In this document: piece by piece, positions 25,660 through 39,869 of the stretch
Layout: every line of letters begins with the position of its first letter
Position numbering within the stretch: the first letter of the stretch is position 1
Assembly: GCA_964035545.1 (NCBI GenBank)
Contig: OZ037768.1
Location: 4,744,741-4,808,740, forward strand
DNA length: 64,000 bases
Reading direction: 5' to 3'
Source of the DNA: Bugula neritina
Taxonomy: Eukaryota > Animalia > Bryozoa
Position numbers and translations under genes: made by a program
Notes under the pieces: model-generated
Seen by the model: the letters and a program-made list of their open reading frames with translations, nothing else
The model's database searches: none
What the model was told of the DNA's origin: nothing

Positions 25660-28600
25660 ATGGGCAACCAAAATTTTTCTTTCTCTCATTTGTTAATTAT
25701 TTCCGCCGTCGCCATTTCAACCTACTATATAGTTAATCATTTAAAAAAGTTGTTAAATACACGACGCAATTCTGCCCATGCTGCCGATAATAATGTGAAT
25801 ATTAATCATAATGCTGACAGTGGGACTCGTACACTTACAGTTACAGCCACAGGCGACACTGATAAGGAATGTTGTGATGGCCCTATTGCTAGCAACGGTA
25901 AGAATCCGAATGCGCCTCAGGCTCATGCCCGTAGCCGTAGGTGTAGTACAGTAGTAGTACTAGTACTACTACTAGTACTAGGAACTACGGTAATTGCTGT
26001 TACTGTTGGTACTAGCAGTAAGTAATTATATTAGGTTTAACTTCAGTAACCGTAAGGCTATCGGTAAGTGTAATATTCGCATCATGAGCATTGGAGTTGG
26101 TCATAATTAATATTATAAATATAAATAATAATATTAATCTATATGAATATGAATATCACAATGATTATCATTATAATATTGATAGTTAAACTAAATCAGT
26201 TAATTTTATACGTATAAACTTGAATTATCATTAAGCCTTAAGGTGATTAGTATCTCACCCAGTCTCATAGTAACTCGAACTCAAACTGTAAGTCAATGAA
26301 TGTGTAACTCAAACTGTAAACTTCTAGAAATTCAAATTCATTAATTATGGCGTGGAAATATTAAATAATCAACATTGATTGTTAATAATTGGTGTTGCAT
26401 TAATTGTAAGTATCATTATTAATATTAGTATTACGATTACCATTATGATTAGGCATTAGGCATTATGATTATCAACTCACTATCACTATGACAGTATAAG
26501 TATCGCCATCGGTGAGTATGTATGTGAGTATCAGTGTTGCTGTTAGTGTTGTCAATAACTGTATTAGTAGTTGTAGACAATACGTGAATGTCTACTCACT
26601 GTGTCTCCTGTGACAATCATGATCAAAATCAGAGCCCTTTTTAAACTCAGCAGTCCGAAAATTAATTAGTTAATCACCATCAAAATCACGCTAAGATAAA
26701 CTTGAAGCTTTTTTAGTATTGTAGATTGTTGAGACTGATGAACTAAAACTATGGCATCTATCAGCCTCAGGTTCATTTTCAGTGTTTGCCAAATTTTCAA
26801 ATCAGCCTAAAATATTTTTGGTGGTATATTTAAGTTGAAATTCAGAATAAATTTCAGTAAATTTTTAAACACATTTACTAAAATAGCTTGCTTGCTATTT
26901 TCATCAGCTTTTGTGACAAAAAGGTTTTAGTAGTTTATCATTATGGCTGATGGCAAACCTTTGTGGTCAGTTCGTTTCTGGCTGCTTTTTTGTGAAATAA
27001 TAAACTATAACCAATCTCAACGTAAAATCCAAGCTGATGGAGTTTAATTATAGCCACTGACTTGCCATTTCTATTGCTACACTTATTTTATCTGCCAATT
27101 CTACTAGATTTTAGGAATATTTTAAGCCAGACACTCTTTATTTCAAAATTAATTTGCTAGGGTGTGATATTCTGAACAAAGATACAGATGAAGCTTGTCA
27201 ATTGCTTAGCACAGCTGATGGCTTCTTGGAGTCTTCTCGAGCTTTATCTGCTGAAGATTATCGGCAAGCATTCTGCAGCATCCAGAACAACACTATATCT
27301 GTAAAAGACTGCTTGGTACTTGCAAACCTTTTAAGGAGTTCTAACACAACTCAAGTCAACGAAGGCCTGAACCTGGTTATGAGACTATCTCTTACATCCC
27401 AGGAAAATAAGGTTGATCTAACATTTGATAGCACAAAGTTGCTAAAATTTTTAATTTTGGAAAGAATTACTATAATTTACACATTTGAGATATGCCAGTA
27501 TAATGTAAAACAGTTCAATTGTATACTTTAGTGTATTTTTAAGTTTCATCAATATAATTAAAATTTGTTGAATGGTCGCTTTATCGGCATATTATTTTTG
27601 CTACTTCTAACTTGCTGTAAGTAAGCAATACATGTTTTACATTGTTTACCGTAATAGCTTCTGTTAAAGTTCTACTAGCTGCCTCGTTAACTACTAATCA
27701 ACTAATGGACAGTATGCTCTTTGTTAGGAAATATTACTACAACATGGCATTGCTACTGAACTCAAGAGGTTAATTTGTCTTCAAGGAAGTTTGTCGGAAG
27801 AAATATTAATCTTGGCCATGAATGCAGTTAATAATCTACTTCTTAGTGAGATGGGCCAAAATGCTTTTATGGTGAGTTCTTTGCTCTCAATAAGTTAGCC
27901 TTGTAGGGTTGTATTTTGGCACACCCATGTAACTTTTAAAATGGGGGAAAAGTAGGCCAAACTATTGGTAATAAACAAAAATAAACTAAAACTTGTTTCC
28001 AAAAATGACTCGAGTTTTAATAAGTTGGGAGTCCTAAGCAGTTCTGCACAACTGGAAACCGAAACAATGTGCTTATTCTCAGCTTCTAAAATTTGGTCAC
28101 TTCCAATTGTGTTTAAAGAATGATTATTGAATTATTTAATAATAATTATTTCCAATTGTGCCATTTGGTCATGACTGTTTGAAGTTTCAGTAAGACCTTT
28201 ACAGATTTTCTCTTAACCAGTTTTGGAAGTGCTTCTAACACTACTAGTTGTCATCAAGTGTCCTGACTAATTTTTAAGCTATATATTATTTTACCAGAAA
28301 AGAAAATAAACTTCAGTATTTATTGAAATTACCTCACCTTTTTATTTAAAAGTTTTTAATAGTTCTTAAAAATTACCCTCAGCAACACTACTTAGTAATC
28401 AAGAGGAGATAAATTAAAAAAAAAGAATCTAAAGGCACCATAAATGGCTTTTCAAATAATATATCTCTTGCCCATCTTAACTTTTTATGTCATATGACAG
28501 TTTTAAATTTATTGAATCTATTTCAAGTGAAAATATTTGCTTTAAAATTCATATATTTTGTGTTATATAAGGGTAAATGTGAAGTTTCGTGAGTTGAAAT

Positions 28601-30072
28601 GATGCTTTTGTTTCAAAATATTTATGAGATTTATATTTATAGACTAGTGCAAGATTTTCAACACGACATATTTTTCAAGAAGGTGTCAAATGTTTTATAA
28701 CTAGTCTGGTGGGACCTCACACATGATATGGTTTGTGGCTAAAGTAAACTTTAGACGCAACAAGTCTTGATCTTATCTAAGTTTTCATTACTATATTATC
28801 CTAATTTATCTATTTTACTATATAATTTTGTTAACTTGATAAAGATGAAAATTCATATTTTATGTATAAAAGAAATACTTTTAGGTAAAACAAGATATGC
28901 CTGATGCCACAGTGTATAAGAAAGTGTTAATTTGAGCTGTCTCAGGCCTCTCAACAGTATGCATGCAGATAGTGTAGTTAATACTGATGTTTCTTTCAGC
29001 CATAAACTTAAATTTGTCATGTTAATCTCAACATGTCAGTTTTGTTTCAGGACATGATGTCTCAAATCATGGACAGTTGTTTGTCAACAAATGAGAATTT
29101 GGCTACTGCCTCACTTCAATGTTTGACTAATCTCACCCTTACAGTCAACCTCAGCAGTCATGCAAGTATTGTTGAAAACCTGCCACGTCTGCTTGGCACC
29201 TTGGATGTGTATCAAAGTAGACGACTTCAAATTTGTAAAGTGCTGGTCAATCTTTCTGCCTGCAATGCTATGGTTCCTTGTATCTTGGCAGCAAAGGTAA
29301 GTTCTCAACTCATTGGTCTGTAAATTACTATGAAGTACAAATTGCTAAGGAATATAAATTGATCAGCAATTCTAACGTTTAAATACTATGCAAGTGTAGG
29401 TTTAGATTGCATAGGGATAGGGAGAGTCTGTAATTACTTCATCAAATATTAAACAGGTAAAAGTATTAAATTTATTGTAATATATTGTAATATGAAATTG
29501 CTGCTATCAGCCGACTACAATTAAGGCTATAAAATTTATTCAAATTTAGTTGAATTTAATAATTGAATTATTGTTTACAACTGAACTGCACCAGTAACAA
29601 CTACAATTTTTAAGTCAATGTGTAGGTAGATGGATACATTTTCACTATAAGACTAAGCAGTTGTAAAATGCAAGAGTCTATCAGATTTTAGAGTATGGAT
29701 GCAGGTTATTCATTATAACATGTCAGAACAAAATTAGATTAGCAAATGTCATTCTGATGCACTGTGATGTAGATTCCATGGTGTGCAAGAAACCTTTTGG
29801 TTGAAGATAAGGATATAGCTAGACGATGGCTACGATTTATGGTCAATATCACCCAAGCCGCACTAGATGATCATGTAACTGAAAAATCATTACCTGTGAA
29901 ATACAAGGCAGCTAGTCCTGAAACAACTTATTGCTATTTATATGGATCCAGTAATCAAGTACTTTTAGATAGTCTTTTATCACACAACTATGAAGATGAT
30001 GAATTAAACCAGCTATCTAATACTTTATATAAAAATATCAAAATGAAAAAAATACTAACTGCTATGTCGTAG
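25660..30072 (+). CDS. ARMC10: Armadillo-repeat protein with N-terminal hydrophobic anchor, ARMC10/ARMCX-like, about 392 aa
   Basis: Exons 25660-25897, 27161-27411, 27728-27871, 29051-29296, 29773-30072 (1179 nt, open). N-terminal hydrophobic segment LLIISAVAISTYYIV followed by basic residues. ARM-like helices AMNAVNNL, ASLQCLTNLTL, QICKVLVNLS. The ARM call is well supported; the ortholog symbol is less certain. Confidence 0.7.
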
Positions 30073-30676
30073 CACCCAATGCTATCCATTTACTTGTAGA
30101 AATCTGAATATAGAATAACATAAATGTTTATAAATCAGTGGAAATATTTGCATTAATTTTATGTTGTAATTATTCAATAAAAAATAGAAGCTATAAATAT
30201 TATAATATATTTATAATTATTTATAATATATTTATCTTTTGACTTTGAAATTAGAACCAGGTGTAGAGACACCAGTGACAAACTAATCTATCACAGCGTT
30301 CTGTTAGGAAGGGCATTCCGTCATAATTCTTTGTTTGCCACAATAGTAAAAAATCGTCGGCCTGCAAGTTTATATTATATTTATATTTCTAAATAATATA
30401 TACACAGATAAAGTCATATATGATTATATTTCAATTTTCATGATACAAGGTCTATACAGAATTTGAAAACAAACATAGTTATTCAATTTTTGAGCTGCTT
30501 TGGGAAAAGGCAATTCAATTGAAATGATCACGATTTTTAACAATTTCAATAGTAACATGATGAATACTAAACTAAAATAACACCAAATTCATCAGAGAGA
30601 GTTGAATAGAAATACTGGACAACAATTAATTTACAATACAAAGAGCCAACTCAGCAGTAAACGAGGTATTATTAAC

Positions 30677-33600
30677 TCAAATAAAACTAGCTAATGAGGC
30701 TAGGAAGAAAATTAAAGATGCTTGGACTTGCAATAAGCTTGTTATATTTTGCTTCACAATGAATTGTTCGGCTGGCTCTTGTGCTAAAATAACAAAGCAA
30801 GGTAGTGAATCATCAAGAGTTTTAAAATACAATAATATCACATACTGACTTCAGATCAATGCTAATAAACAATTAAAATTCCCAAATTTTCTAGTTTTTC
30901 ATAACTCTAGTCTTGTGCTGCACAGGTAATTTTATGGAGTAAATATAAAATGTATGTAGAAATGTGAAAAGCTACTAAACACAAACTCTAAGTGCAAGTT
31001 CAAAATCTTTGCTACTTATTGCAAACATCTTATGGGACTGTAAACATGTAAACATTTCTCAAGATTAGACAAATCTGTAGAGAATATTAACGGTTGCAAA
31101 ATGTAGAGAGAAATTAATTTTTCATAATGAGAGATGGTTTTTTATTACTATACTTGTAGCATCTAATGGAAACTTACTTGTGGTAGACATTGGAATGGAT
31201 ACTACAATCTCTAGACTCCGATTGGTATGTGTTTCAAGATAGTTCCCATCAGGTTTAACAGCAACAGTTATGACTGAACAGCGATATGTTATCTTAGCTG
31301 CAAAGTTAGAATGCTGGTATATGGGGAGCACCGAGTCTACAAGTAAGGTTATATTTCCATTTGACAGATCTTGTGTGGATGGTAGTCGATTTGGAAGAGC
31401 TTTTATGCCTGGAAAGGTTTGTCCGTTAAAATAGAGCAAAAACAAATCGTTTTGTGAGACAGCAGTCCACTGCACCTACAACAATGAAAGATAATTTTAA
31501 TACCAGCTTAGCCCAAATGCCATAAAAACGTATATATATAGATAGTATATACATATGTATATACGCACATATGACATACACACACGCACGCACACCCCGA
31601 CATATATACCGAAAGTCTACAGCTACAGCTTCTTGGAGACATTCTCAAAGTAAAATAAATCACACTTTCACAAGGTTCACCATTTTGAATGTGTAATTAA
31701 GATTGACTTAGCTAAGACCTTTTCCTGTGCTTTGCTTAAAAATTTAATGTTTACCAGAAAGAACTGTTGGTAATTTTTTGCTTGTATGACTTAGCATTTG
31801 CACATTAATAATTCCATGACCACCCTTCTAACTTCTTACAGTGTGAAAACTTAAATTCAAATAAAAAGCAATAGCAAGTCAATTTAAGCTGCTTTGTGTA
31901 TAGTCAAATTGTAAAACAGTATAAAGTGTATTACTCATTCAACATTACTAAAACAAAATGATGATTTTAGATTGAAATAAAATAACATATGAAAATGATG
32001 AGACAAACCTTAGCATGTGTGAGATAAGTATTCACATTTTCATAGGAACAAGTAACATTGAAGGGGGAGTCTGCCTGTATTTCATATGTCTGAGATTGTT
32101 GATTAAATGGGACTGTTGCTTTGATGTCAGCCATATCACGGTACACAGTTGTCCAGTCTCTCTGAAATATAAGGGAAAATAATTTAGAGGAGTGTAGACT
32201 GTTTTAAGGGATCATAAAACTTGTTGAGAAATCTGAAGTCAAACATATAAAAGGTTGTTAGTGAGAAAAATTGATGGCTTCTGAGTAGAAAAAAAATTAT
32301 TTGACATGCATCCATTTAAATTTAAATTGTCACAATTGAAGACAGTGCCTTAAAAAGCTTATGATTACATTATGTATGTCTTGTTTTTAAAATGTGTTTC
32401 CAGAAGTATTGAGGATCATATCTCACTAACTTTAATTTTATATAATGAGCCTAATCTGTTCAATAAAGTTATTTAATTATCAAATTTAAAACAATTCCTT
32501 ATTTCATATTCTAACTTTTCTAGTAATAGAATAACTGAGGTTGCCTTATGTGAACCAGAGACTGAAAAAAATTGAAAACTTCAAAGTCAGAAAAATAGAT
32601 ACAATAAATATGACTACTTAGTATAAAAATTAACCACCTTCAGAACAGTGAAACAATAAAAAAAATATTGGCTAAAAAATTTGATCCAACTATTAACTGA
32701 CTAATAAAAACTAGAATATTCAACACCTTACCATGACGTATGTTTCTAACCACACAAAATAAATATCGAACACAGAACTTTTTTTTTGGTAAGTGGATAC
32801 TATCAGACCAAAAAACAGAATGAAGTCATTTCAAACAAAACAAGTACCCTAATCATAAATTGATTGCTTTAAGAGGGGACAATATTGCTGTTGAAGCTGG
32901 TGGTAAGTATTTTCCCACTAGCTGGAGTTGTGGGACCTAAATAAAATGCTAAATAAAAATGATATGATCATTGTAAATAAATTAAACTTTTTATGTATGT
33001 TGGTTGACCTTGCCTATAACATCCATGAAATATTACACCATCAACTTACTGCTAAGCATGATATTGATATTTTACACATATACTTACTTTTTAAAATGAT
33101 GCATTTTTCAAAGTCACCCAAGATATTAGTGTAGACACAACAAAACGATCTTGAAAAGTCTGCTTCATAAAGAGGCTCTATAACCAAAGTGGTGATTGAA
33201 GTAGTGGAATCCATTGTGTTGGTAAAACTGTACCTGTTTGAGGCATCATTAACTTCCTTAACTTCACCGTCCCTACAAGTTTATCAACACTCCAATTGTA
33301 TGAGTAGAAATAGAGCTACTAGAAACATTTAATTAGACTCAACTGATTAAAATTTATCTGTTCCAACAAAGTAGTTTATATATATATGGTAAAATATATA
33401 GGCCTAGAAACTGTGCCTTCATGCAGTTAAGATATAACTAGCTACGAACAACTTGCAATTTATTAATTCTATAATTTCTTAAACTCAAGACTAAATAAAA
33501 ATGAAAATAATGAAGATATTTCCTTTACTTATATATATAAAAAAAACTTGACCCACCATTATAATATATTTTTATAGCAAGAAATATTCTTATCCTAACA

Positions 33601-36559
33601 AATTAGTTGTGTAATGCAACATAAGAAGTTAAGTTGTAGCAACACAGTTCCAAAAGTGGTATAGATATTTTAACGTAGCCAAAAACTTTCCATATGATGA
33701 CCGAGTTTACTACATAACAGCAAATAATGGCCTATATCCACTGCATTCTTCTTTTTACTTGTGATTGATATCAAACAAGTCTAACAACTCCGGTTGTTTT
33801 ATTTGTACGACTTTTTACAGTTGTATCCAAGTATAATTTACTATAAGCCAGTGTTAACTATAACAGCTTTTATTTAAAGAAAATTTTAATAAAAGAACAA
33901 ACATAAGCTGCAATAAGTAAATATATCACTGCTATATTATTGTGGCAAATACTAGAGTTTTTTTCACTTGTCTTCAGCCACAACTCTACAGGGGGCGATT
34001 CTGGGTTTATATTACAAACTTTTCCCTCACATATAACTAACCGCTAATTTGCAAAATTTAATTAATGAGCTTTACACATAGTTTAGTAGCGTATTTCTAA
34101 TAGTAATTAGGCAACTCATAATTATAATTAATCGGACCTATCTTTCCAACTATGAAATGTTAATCAGGGACATTATATATCAATTATTTTCTTGTCAACT
34201 ATCACAACATCAGGCATTTATTTTGATAATTCTGTTTATGTGTATATTGAAATCTCATAACATTTTGATGCAATTATCATTTATCATTCATCATCTAGGA
34301 TGGTCTTTGAAATCTGCGAATTCCACACAGTTCCTAGTGAATTATTGGAGCCATGCCTCTTCTGAAACTCAACATGCCAGAGCTTTTCACATTTACTGGG
34401 TATATGTATTACAGTTTCATCCCTTGCATTACACATCTGACATATGATACGTACCAGGATTTAGAGTACCAACTAATATCTGCTACAGGTGGAACAGATT
34501 TGGTTGATGTACAAGATAATTCAGCAAGGCTTGCTTTGATTTGGATTGAGGATTGAGCATCGATAACCGGGAATATGCCTGTAACAATAATAGTATAATA
34601 TTCCTAAAGTTGAAAATTCAATAATCAATTTAACGTATTTACTTAAGAATGTAGAAGGTAACTCAAGTATCAATTACATAAACTTAAGTGCTGTTTTGAT
34701 GATTGCAGTCAAAACCCTATCACCAAGTTATTTTGTAAGAGACATATTTTTGCCTTTTTATATAGATGCATGCAATAATGGAGAAATTTTTATGATTGAA
34801 GCTTTTTAATTACCTTTTGTATACATTACTCAAAGTGTAGTAGGCCTATATCTAAATGTGAAGATTTGTGTGAGGGGGGTAAGGAGTTAATTGTACCCTA
34901 CAGCCATTATGTCATAACTTACAGAATAAATATAGTAAATGCATGTCAACCTGGTTACCTTGTACTCGAGCACACTTCTCATCGTCTCCAACAATATTAG
35001 TATAAACACAGCAATGTGGCCTCATAAAATCTGCAGCTTCAACAGGATCTATAATTAAAGTTGATACTACGGGTCCGGATATGTTATTGAGGGTGGTTGT
35101 GGTTACATGGTATCTGCTTATTGAGTCATCCACTGCAGAGATCCTAAATGGAGCACCAAATACATTTCGGGTAAACAATTTCTTTCAAGTAATTTTAAAT
35201 TCGTTCGTATTAGATTTTAATTATAATGTATCCTGTGCTGTAGTTGAGAAAACTAGGTGCTCACTCTGTACTATTCACTGGTTTATAGAGCCACGAAACA
35301 CCAGTGACTGGAGACTCAAGCTGTGGGGATGAACATCTGTAATTTAACTTATCTCCAATTTCTAACTCTGCTGTAATTGATACTTCTGGTTTACCTGTCA
35401 TAAAATGTAGCCAAATAGAAACATTCAACATAACTTTGATACTTTTCCAATGAAAACATATCATTTCTTCACCAAAAGTATTAAAACTCATGGATCAATT
35501 TATTTTTAACAAAATAATGTTGCAGACTTAAAGTTTAACAAAGCTATGTCGAAAAAAACAACAAAATAAGCCTAATTGTAAACATTTTTAATGCTGACAA
35601 TGTTAATAAATCAAAGTAAAAAATTCAAATTAGTTGAAGCCAAAACATTCATTGCTGCATTAAATGACCTACTTAATACTCGCACAGTGAAAGTCTTGGA
35701 TATAGAAGTCACTCTATTCGTGGCAGAGCAAATATAAGAACCAGCCTCTGCTACAGTTACACTTTTCAGTTCTAACTTTTCACCTGCAAGCTGCTTTCAA
35801 AATAGAAAAAAAAACATATTTGTTACACCACAAACACAAAATTATTAAGTTATACATTGCTATATATACCTGCATTATACTACTTGAAACAAAATTATCT
35901 GTATATTTCAGTTACATCTACATTTCTATTATGTTATACATAGAGTTTAACATAGTGTATTGTGAACTAAAATATAAAATGCAAGTATTTTGTGAACAAA
36001 TGCTACCAAATAACCATGAAAATTCAACATGTTCTATTTTCTTTTAGTTTCTATATTGCACTTAACAGCTTCTTTGGCAAAGAAACTTAAAATGTTGGAC
36101 TAAAAAACACTTCATTAAACTTATAAAAGCACTTGTATGAAATATCAAACAAACAGTTTATAATGGATGTTTACATTTGCAGACAGTGGCAGAGCGAGTC
36201 CATCCTCTCTAACCCACTCGAACCTTGGTGCAGGATGCCCAGTTACTTTACAAGTAAGCTCCGCATCACCTCCTTCATTCACTGTTAAGTCAGTTTCACC
36301 ATCCACAAACTGCAGAGGCACTTTAAAGGAAAAATACATTCACAAAGTTCTATGTATTATTGTAAAAATTCAAAACAGCATATATAATGAAAATTTACTT
36401 TCAGTTGGTATAGGCAGTTCTCTTTTCTGTTCCTACTACTTAGACCAGCAAGCCCCAATGTCAATAAAGAAATTACGAATTTTGTACACTATTTTTAAAG
36501 GAATATATAATAATGAGTCAAAAACAACTATTTTGAGAATAGTTTAATAAATAATGCAA

Positions 36560-36604
<45 letters not shown>

Positions 36605-38296
36605 TTTTAAATCATACTGGATAATAGATATTTTACTTACCCACAATGGATATTTCAATACTATGGCTGATATGCGACTGTATAAGGTTGTCATCAATGT
36701 CGCGATTAACAGTCAGCACTTCACATTTAAACAATTTTTTTGAACTATCTGAGTTGCTATAATAAGAAGATGGTAGTTGATCCACTATGAGACTCACACT
36801 ACCCTCCTCAGGGCTATTTTGAGGAATTTCTTCAGGAATAGCTTGAAAGCCCGGCTCTGTTTGACCATTGTTAAAAATATACGAATATGATGTGGGTGAA
36901 CCAGAACTCCATTTTACCTACAGAAGAATAAAACTAACAAATTATATAAAAGAGCTATTAATGTTATAAACAAAGCAAAGGTATCAAACTTATTGCAAGT
37001 AAAGAAATATACTTACCTCTGCATATTCATATGTGAAATCAGCATTTACGTAAAAACAAGTTATGTTAAAAGGTGTTGTAGGAGAGAGGTCATATGTGTT
37101 GCTTTCAGCATTAAAAGTAGCTGTAGTAGTAATATCAGCCATATCATAATAAACATTCTCTAATGCTGTCACCCCCAGAACTAACAGCTGATTGATCAAA
37201 AAGCCCAACAGCCAGACCTCCACTGCAACATAACAAGAATAATCACAAAACACATATCGGTAAGCATTGCAGGATAAGAAAAATATTACTCTTGTTGTAT
37301 GGGGGGGGGGGGGGGAGAGGGGTTTAACTTAGTAGTAGTTGTCTTCTCTTGCTTTTGCATCAACATAGATATAGTGTGGGTGTGACCTATGAGTAGCAGA
37401 TATAAAACAGAGTGTGTATGAGAAGATTGAGAAGATTGAGTGATTGAAGACTGTGGACAGAAGAGAATAGATGCGTTTGAATACAATCGAATATGTTAGG
37501 ATGTATTAGTCGAGTGCTAGCCCAGGATCCTAGACAGCGGAGCACCACCAGACGAATACACTAACCTGCAGTCCTAATTTTACCTTCTACAGACTAACAA
37601 GAGCTGGAGTTACCTCGCAACCCAAGTCAAGCAATCCGTACCAATATACCGACCCACAAGCTAACCCCAAGGTCACAACAAATATATTATTCGATGAGTA
37701 TGCAACAACGCTAAACTGTGAAAATCCTTTATAACACTCTTAACAGAATAATTTTAATATAAACATACTGCATTCATAAATGGTAAATAAAAATGTTGGT
37801 GGCTTCTTAGCAAATGATATGTTGATGTGGAGAGTTTGGTTTTATTATAAGTATAACCTCTTTAATAAAATTTTCAATGTAAAATGATCACAAGTTATGT
37901 GGCATTATATCTATTGTATCATTATGATTGTAAGGCTACATATTTGATATTGTACTTTTGAACTTTGCAACACGATTTGAATTTTAATTTATAGTAAACA
38001 ATGCTGAAATTCATAAAAAATAGGGATGAAAATGCAGTTGCTTAGTATCAAGTATAAGTCTATAACTATTAACTATAATATTAATAATAAATTAACTTTA
38101 GAATTCAACTAGTTAACAATAATTTTTAATAATGCAAATACTAATAGTAATACTAATACTAACAGTAGTTATACTGATACTAATAGTAATAGTAAAACTA
38201 AAAGTAAATGTAATAGTAATAGTTTCACTACTTACTGCGTCTACTGAGTTTGATTCAGCGATTGAATGTAACAGAACAATACTACACGAACTCACT
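30677..38296 (-). CDS. IgC: 5-Ig-domain (V-I-Ig-Ig-V) surface protein with signal peptide and GPI-like tail, about 647 aa
   Basis: A of the start codon at 38296, then exons 37017-37222, 36641-36917, 36175-36320, 35673-35790, 35265-35394, 34959-35143, 34455-34578, 33088-33272, 32732-32745 (14 nt), 32009-32161, 31178-31475, 30677-30783. Total 1944 nt, open. Tail ...QASLIFFLASLASFI*. Confidence 0.87.
36564..36603. repeat. (TA)n microsatellite
   Basis: Seen directly. Confidence 0.9.
37293..37680. mobile_element. Solo-LTR-like insertion in IgC intron 1
   Basis: Bounded by TGTTGT...ACAACA, with an internal TATAAAA and a G-run. Absent at the homologous IgD site (ATTACTCTT-AATA at ~49106). No clear TSD. 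Confidence 0.5.
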
Positions 38297-38419
38297 ACTA
38301 TAGAGCCTCTTTACACCATATAGAATATGCAACTCTAAAACTAATCGTCAGCTTATCCTTAAAATCAGTATTGTGATTATCATATTAGTTTTCGACTTCG
38401 ACTAGACCTAATAGATGTA

Positions 38420-38470
38420 CAAACAACGCACAGCAGACGACATGCTAAGACGCGTGCGCGCTTGCTTTTG
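38420..38470 (-). promoter_or_regulatory. Conserved promoter-proximal CpG motif upstream of IgC exon 1
   Basis: CAGCAGACG...CGCGTGCGCGCTTGCTTTT, homologous to 25497-25534 and 49723-49762. Confidence 0.45.
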
Positions 38471-39869
38471 ATTTCCGTATTGAGTGAAGGTACGAACTAG
38501 TATTCATTAATGAAATGTTCTATATTGGAATATAGTTACATATAAAAACTTAGCTGTGACTACAGTACTGTTTTATGTTAGCACGCTCTCCAAGGTCTAA
38601 CGGTGGAATGTTCTTGGAAAATTGTGTCAGTTATTGTATTAATACGCGCATCTCGCAGTTGACATTGTTTAATTACGCAAGTACTGACACTTGTGTCCCA
38701 CACTTGCAAGTTCATGGGAATTTAAATATTCTAGAATCTAGCATTTAGATATTTCTTGGTTTGTACCCTTATTATCGCTGTACAAGTCTTTTTTTCAACC
38801 TAAACAATCTTAACTCCATGTAAGATATTAAACAGCTTGTAGTAGTATCAAACGTTTACTTTACAAAGGAGTCCACATGACTTACCCCACATAACCTTTG
38901 GGCTTTGACATATGATATCCAGCGCTGTTACAAAATAAAAGCTCAACATCACGGAAATAATAGAGTTGTATACTCTTTGGACTTCACTAAATATCGAGTC
39001 ATGCTTGTTCTAAACTAATTTAAAAGCTGCCAATTCTTTAATGATTTCATTTTTTATGGCAAAATATGAATGAAGACTTTACAGAATAACGAAAGCCCAA
39101 CCCCCAATGAAAGGGAGGTAACATAGCATGTCCCACGGCCATCACAATATTATTATTCTAGTACAGCATATCTTGTAACAGAGGAATGGCGAATATAAAA
39201 ATTATATGGGAAAAAGCAGTTCGATACACATTTCAGAAACTGCTTGCTTGGTTTGTCGACAACATATCTTGGGTCATGCAGTTTAAAAGTTTCAAAATTT
39301 TCACCATTATGAATATTAAAAAGGTAATAGTATCAGTATAGGGTAGTAACTTGAACTATTTTTGTTAGTAGCTAGAGTTTATGACCATAAAGAACGCCAC
39401 CACTGAATGTTAATGCTGAGCATCAAGTGAGAGCTGATGTGTGTGTATTCATAATTGCTCTCTTTGCCCTAATATCGAAAAAGCCCTTAGCCCGTGATTT
39501 CATTACTTAGACTTGTAAATATATACATATAAAGCCATAGAAGATTATATTTCAATTTTCATGATGCAAAGTCTATACAGAATCTGAGAACAATAAACAC
39601 ATAATGTGTTAGTTATTCAGCAAGAAAGTGCCAGTTGAATCTTTTAAACAGCTTTGGAAAAATGCATGCATTTCAATTCAATTGAAACTGCAATTTAATG
39701 CAATTCCATTGAAAGGATCATATGATTTTTAACAATTTCAACAGTAACATGATAAATATTAAACTAAAATAACATCAAATTTATCAGAGAGAGTTGAATA
39801 GAAATGCTTTACAACAATTAATTTACAATACAAAGAGTCAACTGAGCAGTAACCGAGGTATTATTAAAT

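Noticed and set aside
25898-26025. Second hydrophobic segment at the end of ORF 25633-26025
   Set aside because: Read-through into a low-complexity intron past the G|GTAAGA donor at 25897.
35081-36547. Plus-strand ORFs overlapping Ig exons (also 23097, 40578, 44543, 45689)
   Set aside because: Antisense shadows of the minus-strand coding exons.
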